Positions 59,031 through 64,000 of a stretch of 64,000 nt of DNA are shown piece by piece. The position numbers were made by a program, and so were the translations under genes. The DNA comes from Terriglobia bacterium. Its GTDB lineage: Bacteria > Acidobacteriota > Terriglobia > Acidiferrales > UBA7541. The first letter of the stretch is position 1, and each line of letters opens with the position of its first letter. The notes under the pieces were generated by a model, which was not told the origin of the DNA, did not search any database, and saw only the letters and a list, made by a program, of their open reading frames with translations. The stretch covers positions 960,001-1,024,000 of the forward strand of contig OY968796.1 in NCBI GenBank assembly GCA_963695545.1, given 5' to 3'.

Positions 59031-60404
59031 ATGGCCGTGAACGTGATCATGCCGCAGATGGGCGAAAGCATTTTTGAAGGCACCGTCACCAAGTGGCTGA
59101 AGAAGCCCGGCGACAAGATCGAGCGCGACGAGCCTTTGTTCGAGATTTCGACGGACAAAGTGGACGCCGAAATCCCCGCGCCCGCGGCTGGCGTGCTGAA
59201 GGAGATCAAGGTTCAGGCGGGAGAGACCGTGCCGGTGCAGACCGTGGTGGCCGTGATTGACGGCGCGGGAGCGGCTGAGGCGACGCCTGCCGCGGCGCCG
59301 GCGATTGCCGCTTCGGGCGATGAAGCGCCGGCGGCGTTGCCGGGAGGCAAGGGCAAAGCCGCCGCGACGTCCGCGAAGCCGGAAGCCAAAGTTGAATCGA
59401 AGCCGGCACCGGCAGCCGTGCCAGCGCCGCCCGCGGTTCAGACGCCGCTTGCGGCAGCACCATCGGTTCGGTCGACGTCGGGCAACGGCCGGCGCATTCA
59501 TAGTTCGCCGCTCGTGCGGCGTTTGGCGCGCGAGAACAATGTGGACCTTGCGCAGCTCAGTGGCACGGGCGCCGGCGGACGCATCAGCAAGAAGGACATC
59601 CTCGCGGCGATTTCATCGGGCGGCACGCGGCCTGCAGCGGGCGCGTCAGCCGCGGCGGCGCCAGCGTCCAGCGCGGGCGCGACGGCGGTTCCGCGCGAGC
59701 GGATTTATTTCGGACGCTACGAAGTTGCGCCGATGAGCATGATGCGGCAGAAGATCGCCGAGCACATGGTGGCCTCGAAGCGCACCTCGCCGCACGTGTA
59801 CTCGATCGAGGAAGCCGACATGACGGGGATCGCGCAGCTTCGCGCCCGCGTGAAAGATGAGTTTGAAAAGCGCCACGAAACGAAACTCACTTTCATGCCG
59901 TTTTTCTTGCGCGCCGCTGTGGAAGCCCTGCGCGCGTTTCCCGTTGTGAATTCATCGGTGGACGGCGCGAATCTGGTGATGCACCGCGAGATCAATTTGG
60001 GCATCGCCGTGGCGCTGGAGGCGGGACTGATCGTGCCGGTGATCAAGGGCGCGGACGAAAAGAATTTTCTCGGTCTGCAACGCGCGGTGAACGATCTGGC
60101 CGAACGCGCGCGCACAAAAAAGTTGAAGCCCGAAGAGGTTCAGGATTCCACGTTCTCGATCACGAATCCGGGCAGCGTGGGCGGCTTGATGGGTTTGGCG
60201 GTGATCAACCAGCCGAACGTAGCCATCCTGGCGATCGGCGGAATTGCGAAGCGGGCGGTGGTGATCAATGACGCGATCGCGATTCGCTCGATGGTTTATC
60301 TGACGCTGAGTTACGATCATCGCGCCGTGGATGGCGCGATCGCGCACCAATTCATGCTCCGCGTGAAATCTGGCCTCGAAAAGTGGGACGAAGAAATTCT
60401 GTAG
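59031..60404 (+). CDS. Dihydrolipoamide acyltransferase (E2)
   Basis: Lipoyl domain MPQMGES...STDKVDAE, Ala/Pro linker, SPLVRRLA...GTGAGGRI E3-binding domain and YDHRAVDG. Confidence 0.96.
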   Translation: MAVNVIMPQMGESIFEGTVTKWLKKPGDKIERDEPLFEISTDKVDAEIPAPAAGVLKEIKVQAGETVPVQTVVAVIDGAGAAEATPAAAPAIAASGDEAPAALPGGKGKAAATSAKPEAKVESKPAPAAVPAPPAVQTPLAAAPSVRSTSGNGRRIHSSPLVRRLARENNVDLAQLSGTGAGGRISKKDILAAISSGGTRPAAGASAAAAPASSAGATAVPRERIYFGRYEVAPMSMMRQKIAEHMVASKRTSPHVYSIEEADMTGIAQLRARVKDEFEKRHETKLTFMPFFLRAAVEALRAFPVVNSSVDGANLVMHREINLGIAVALEAGLIVPVIKGADEKNFLGLQRAVNDLAERARTKKLKPEEVQDSTFSITNPGSVGGLMGLAVINQPNVAILAIGGIAKRAVVINDAIAIRSMVYLTLSYDHRAVDGAIAHQFMLRVKSGLEKWDEEIL

Positions 60405-60432
60405 TTTCGTCGTAAGCCCGCGCCGCCGCGCG

Positions 60433-61257
60433 TCACGCGCCGCCATTGGCGCGCAGGCGGGGGCCGAGGTCGTGGGCCCATCCGCGCAGGCGGGCCAGCG
60501 GCACAACTGAAATCTGTTTTTCTTCCAGCAGCGTCGCGACAAACCTATGGCGGCCGTCTTCGCGGGCCGGGTCGACTTCGGTGATCGCCGTGAATTCCGC
60601 GTGTTCGATGTGCGTGCGAATGGCATCGGCGGTGAAGGCCAGCACCTTGGCCTGGCCCGGATCGCGGCCCAGCGGCAGCGCCTGCACGAAGCCGCGCGTG
60701 CCGTTGCGCCGGTACGCGAAATCCATTCTCAAGGGATCGCCGGGATAGGTATAGTCCGCCACGCGCACACTGCGCTCGATGCGGCCGAGCAATCCCTCGA
60801 GGCGCAGAAAATCCGCGGCGCGCGCGCGTATATCGCTACGCGTGCGGATCTCGCGCACGTCCGGGCGGCCCGGGCGCGGCGGCTCGACTTGCTCGCGATA
60901 GATGCGATCAAGTTCGGCCTCGAAGTCGCCGGTCAGCACGCCGCGGCGCGGGCTCAACTGGATGGTGTTGGACAAGGTTTCCTCGAGTTTGCCGAGCCAT
61001 GCGAGGCCGTTCGCGCGGTCGCCGTTGCGCGGCGCATCGAACACGCCGCCCAGGTTTCGCAAAAAATCCTCGTCGGCCGTGGGGTGCAGCCGGCGGACGC
61101 GGGCAAATTCTCCGGGCTCTTCCACCAGGCGGCGCGCGACGCGGCCCGAAGTGGGATCGAAGAGCACCACGCCGATATTGATCCACTCGTCGCGGACCAA
61201 ATTCGGCGCGTAGCGAACGATGTGGTACGCGCAACTTTGCAGTTCAGTTTCGGCCAT
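60433..61257 (-). CDS. DUF3037-domain protein
   Basis: N-terminal YHIVRYAPNLVRDEWINIGVVL and IQLSPRRG are characteristic of DUF3037. It lies directly downstream of a HipA-like kinase. Confidence 0.85.
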   Translation of the reverse strand: MAETELQSCAYHIVRYAPNLVRDEWINIGVVLFDPTSGRVARRLVEEPGEFARVRRLHPTADEDFLRNLGGVFDAPRNGDRANGLAWLGKLEETLSNTIQLSPRRGVLTGDFEAELDRIYREQVEPPRPGRPDVREIRTRSDIRARAADFLRLEGLLGRIERSVRVADYTYPGDPLRMDFAYRRNGTRGFVQALPLGRDPGQAKVLAFTADAIRTHIEHAEFTAITEVDPAREDGRHRFVATLLEEKQISVVPLARLRGWAHDLGPRLRANGGA

Positions 61258-61307
61258 GATTTATTTCCCTTCGTTCCATATTCGGAAACATTCGTCGAGC
61301 ACCATAA

Positions 61308-62105
61308 TTACTTCCAATTTGGAAACGGTTGCCGGTTCGAGTCCCGAGCTGCAACCAGCAACTCCCGCACGCGGCCGCGGCGCTGATACAAACGCTCGAG
61401 CAGTTCTTCGAGCGCCGCGGCGTCGTCCTGATACCACTCGGGCGGAATACGCTCGGCGGCTTCGCCGAGCGCCGCGCGCGTGATGCGATGTTCGAGACGC
61501 CCGAGCCAGGGCTCAAACGATTCAAGCCCGGTGACGCGCTCGTAGACGCGCTGCCGCGCGTAAAGCCCGCGCAGAGGCGCGTCCGGAAAATTCCATTCCC
61601 CGGCGTTGAAGCAGAAGCCCTGATCGATCATCAGGGCCTGATAGCGAGAGCGGCCGGCCTCGCGAAAAAAAACAGCTTGGCGGCCATTGGTGTTGCAGGA
61701 CCATTTATCGAACACCAGCATGCCGCAGAAAACCTCAAGGTCTTCGATCTCGACGAGCTGCTCGTCCGGCAAATAATCGTACACACTGACTTCGGCCGGA
61801 TGGCCCGGATACTGCGAGCCGAATTGCCGGCCGGGCTTGCAAGCCACGCGTCCGGTGGCGAACTGCATCACCAGATCGGCCGTATTCTCCACCAGTTCCG
61901 GCGAGACTTCGACGACGGTAACCGGCGGAACGGGCAGGCCGAGGCGCGCGGCAAGACGAGTGGCAAGCATTTCATTCGCCAAAATTCGCAGATGCTGAGG
62001 GTTGTTTTGGAACTTGACGACGTAGTAGGCGCCGTCCCGGCAGCGGAATAGATGGGACTGCGCGCCGCCGCGCATTCTGCGCAAATGTTCGAGCGCCTGG
62101 AGCAT
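61308..62105 (-). CDS. HipA-like kinase (HipA_2 type)
   Basis: MRGGAQSHL Gly-loop, YVVKF, LANE, LGLPVP, FGS, FDKW..N and MIDQG..F. Start ATG 62105 with a TAGCAT -10-like box 8 nt upstream. Confidence 0.85.
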   Translation of the reverse strand: MLQALEHLRRMRGGAQSHLFRCRDGAYYVVKFQNNPQHLRILANEMLATRLAARLGLPVPPVTVVEVSPELVENTADLVMQFATGRVACKPGRQFGSQYPGHPAEVSVYDYLPDEQLVEIEDLEVFCGMLVFDKWSCNTNGRQAVFFREAGRSRYQALMIDQGFCFNAGEWNFPDAPLRGLYARQRVYERVTGLESFEPWLGRLEHRITRAALGEAAERIPPEWYQDDAAALEELLERLYQRRGRVRELLVAARDSNRQPFPNWK

Positions 62106-62284
62106 TGGCGCGTATGCTATGGTGCCGCGGAAGTACCAGCAAGGGATTATTTGCGGCGCGATGCCGACCATAACCGGTAAAGGGAAACGCGCCTGCCCAA
62201 ATTGGCTCCGCAAGATCGTTGCGCGAGCGCCGCTCGCCGCGGCGGTGGGCCATCGCTCCAAGCCATAAGCGAATTGCGCGTATT

Positions 62285-62302
62285 AGCTTTACGTCATAAG
62301 CT
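62285..62302. promoter_or_regulatory. Candidate operator AGCTT-N8-AAGCT overlapping a -10-like TAAGCT just before the regulator start
   Basis: Inverted repeat 6 nt upstream of GTG 62309; no Shine-Dalgarno, consistent with a leaderless mRNA. Confidence 0.4.
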
Positions 62303-62308
62303 CTCCCG

Positions 62309-63055
62309 GTGGGATTTGTCTCCACATCCGAAGCACTTCGCCGGGAAGTCGCGCGCCGCATCGAGGCCGGCGAACTGACCGGCACCGAGCTTGCGCGCCG
62401 CGCCGGCTTCACGCAGGCGCACATCTCGAATTTTCTGAATCGCAAGCGCGGCCTGAAGCCCGCGGCCATGGACCGCGTTCTGAAAGCCATGGGCGTGACC
62501 ATCTACGATTTACTGGACCCGACCGAAGTGGCGCGCCGCGCCGCTGCGCGCGAAATCGCCGAACCCATCGGGGAGATCGATGCCGCGGCGATCGAAGTTC
62601 AAATTCCGGTGGTCGGCGCGGATGCCGCGGCGACCGCGGTGATACTTGAATCCGACGTGCGTGGCCGCGCGAAGTACGCAGGACTTTTTCTCGAGCGGCT
62701 TCGCGAGGATTGTCCGCCCGCGCGCCGAGCCTGGACGCGCTTCATCGCGATCGAAGCGAGCGCAGCCGATGCGGCCGCGATGTGGCCGCGACTCACCGCC
62801 GGCGCTGAGTTGCTGATCGACCGGCACTGGACCGCGCTTGACGCTTACCGCAAGGGACGACGCAATCTTTACGCGGTGCGCAAGCAGGCAGCGATTCTGG
62901 TGCGCTACGTGGAGCGCGCGGGAGACCGCCTGGTATTGCGGCCGCACAATCCGGAATCTGACGCGGAGATATTTCCGCTGCCGGCTTTCGCAGAGGGATG
63001 GACGCCAAAGGATTTTATAGTCGGGCGCGTGGCGCACATCGGCAGCGAAATTTGA
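62309..63055 (+). CDS. XRE-HTH + degenerate S24 (LexA/CI-like) transcriptional regulator
   Basis: LTGTELARRAGFTQAHISNFLNRKRG HTH. IPVVG, MWPRL..G..LLIDR, LVLRPHNP and IVGRV give the S24 fold. The catalytic Ser/Lys positions read Ala/Arg. Confidence 0.82.
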   Translation: MGFVSTSEALRREVARRIEAGELTGTELARRAGFTQAHISNFLNRKRGLKPAAMDRVLKAMGVTIYDLLDPTEVARRAAAREIAEPIGEIDAAAIEVQIPVVGADAAATAVILESDVRGRAKYAGLFLERLREDCPPARRAWTRFIAIEASAADAAAMWPRLTAGAELLIDRHWTALDAYRKGRRNLYAVRKQAAILVRYVERAGDRLVLRPHNPESDAEIFPLPAFAEGWTPKDFIVGRVAHIGSEI

Positions 63056-63145
63056 GGACAACTTCGTCTTGAATGCCGACCAGCGCCGCGCGTGCCCGGC
63101 TCGCGCACGCCGCAACAAAAACGACGCGCGCCCTGCCGAGCGGCG

Positions 63146-63182
63146 CACAAAACAAAGAGAGCCCGGGATACCCGGGCTCTCT
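63146..63182 (-). terminator. Rho-independent terminator of the histone-like gene
   Basis: Perfect 12-bp stem AGAGAGCCCGGG-ATA-CCCGGGCTCTCT (63156-63182), then TTGTTTTG on the minus strand. Confidence 0.85.
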
Positions 63183-63216
63183 CGTACAACATTCCCTCAG
63201 AAACTTGTGAGCGCGG

Positions 63217-63540
63217 CTAGCGCCGCTTGCGCCGTTTGGCCGCGCGCTTCTTCGGCTTCGCGGCGCGCTTGGCTTTCTTTTTCGGGCGTGGCTTGGCGCG
63301 GCGCTTCGGCTTTGCGGCTTTCTTGCGTTTCGGTTTCCGCGCGGACTTTTTCTTCTTGCGCGCGGGGGCGGCCGGGGCCGAAGGCGGCGGCACCGCCGAA
63401 ATGCCCGGACTTTCCTCGATGATCAGCTCGTCTTCGGTTTCTTCTTCAAGGACGTCGTCGCGATCGCCGGCGACTTCCTCTTCCTCTTCGATCTGCGAGA
63501 ACTCGTTTTCCTCACCGTTGCCGTTTCGTTCGTAAGCCAT
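63217..63540 (-). CDS. Small charge-segregated protein: acidic N-half, Lys/Arg/Ala-rich histone-H1-like C-half
   Basis: GGAGG RBS, ATG and its own terminator. Sequence runs EEEEE...EEETEDE, a Pro/Ala hinge, then RKKKKSARKPKRKKAAKPK...RRKRR. Confidence 0.8.
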   Translation of the reverse strand: MAYERNGNGEENEFSQIEEEEEVAGDRDDVLEEETEDELIIEESPGISAVPPPSAPAAPARKKKKSARKPKRKKAAKPKRRAKPRPKKKAKRAAKPKKRAAKRRKRR

Positions 63541-63741
63541 AGGCGTCCTCCAGCCGAAGTGTGGTCGAGAAAGTGGCGCGCGCGAACCCGAAAGTCTGAC
63601 GCCGGTATAAACGTACGGTCATGGATTTGTCAAGACTCGGAACGCTGTTTGCTGATTCGCGAATCGCTCGGAGGACGTCGTCGAGCGCACGAAGCGGCGC
63701 TAACATACTGATTTATATAGAGATAACTACGCGCGGGCCCG

Positions 63742-64000
63742 CTATTGAGCGCGCAGGATGGTCAGCTCGTCGCCGGCCTCAAGCGGCCGGCTGAAGAGGA
63801 AGCGGTTGGCGCCGCGCAGGGCTTCCACGGTCGTGCGATAGGCGCGCGCGATAGACCATAGCGTTTCGCCGGGCTTCACTTGATAGACGATCGGCGCGGT
63901 CGAGCCGGCGGCCCCGTCGCCTGCGCGATTCATCGCCGCAGCGACCGTCGCCGCCGTGGCCGGCTTGCTGGCCGACGCGGGAGGCGGCGTCATGCCGCCG
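63742..64000 (-). CDS. LysM-domain protein, C-terminal part (5' end outside the window)
   Basis: YQVKPGETLWSIARAYRTTVEALRGAN...LEAGDELTI is a canonical LysM; the frame is open to the window edge. Confidence 0.88.
   Translation of the reverse strand, partial: GGMTPPPASASKPATAATVAAAMNRAGDGAAGSTAPIVYQVKPGETLWSIARAYRTTVEALRGANRFLFSRPLEAGDELTILRAQ

Noticed and set aside
60433..63540. Prophage remnant suggested by the CI-like regulator
   Set aside because: No integrase, replication, structural or lysis genes; the flanks are housekeeping genes.
1..64000. CRISPR array, tRNA, rRNA, IS transposase
   Set aside because: No regularly spaced direct repeats, cloverleaf or rRNA-like segments, or transposase motifs were found by eye. 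A covariance-model scan could still reveal small RNAs.

Overview
High-GC bacterial DNA, probably Acidobacteriota. This is inferred from the Oar-type TonB receptor, Tat-exported glycoside hydrolases, a PEP-CTERM protein and the style of the intergenic palindromes. (1) 1-34.9 kb is a plant-polysaccharide utilisation locus. It has an FGGY kinase, a sugar ABC transporter with an apiose-type binding protein, two L-fucose/L-arabinose-isomerase-family genes, a TonB receptor and GH42, GH137-like, GH29, 2x GH78, GH127/146, GH39 and GH79 hydrolases. It also has a RuBisCO-like protein plus DUF1537 kinase, an MFS transporter, a racemase-fold protein and an IclR-HTH/LacI-sensor regulator with a visible shared operator. 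The gene set fits rhamnogalacturonan-II/D-apiose use. (2) 35-44.7 kb holds an HtrA protease split by an in-frame amber codon, a membrane protein, an Sfp-type PPTase and an EPS/PEP-CTERM-type cluster whose sigma54-activator homologue lacks GAFTGA. (3) greA and a divergent EF-G2. (4) 47.8-52.2 kb is an AT-richer accessory patch: an OB-fold membrane protein, a STAND-like ATPase with a Zn-ribbon and a PEP-CTERM protein, separated by REP-like palindromes. (5) An esterase, an M28 peptidase and an lpdA-lipB-E1a-E1b-E2 2-oxoacid dehydrogenase operon. (6) A HipA-like kinase/DUF3037 pair divergent from an XRE-HTH/degenerate-S24 regulator, an acidic/basic histone-like protein and a partial LysM protein. 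The best novelty candidates are a dispersed ~350-nt promoter-bearing non-coding element in two diverged copies (14.1-14.5 kb and 47.8-48.2 kb), the kinase/DUF3037/dead-repressor trio, the orphan STAND-like ATPase cassette and a variant apiose/RLP pathway. No rRNA, tRNA, CRISPR array, integrase or transposase was seen. All family calls come from motif recognition by eye; no database search was run.
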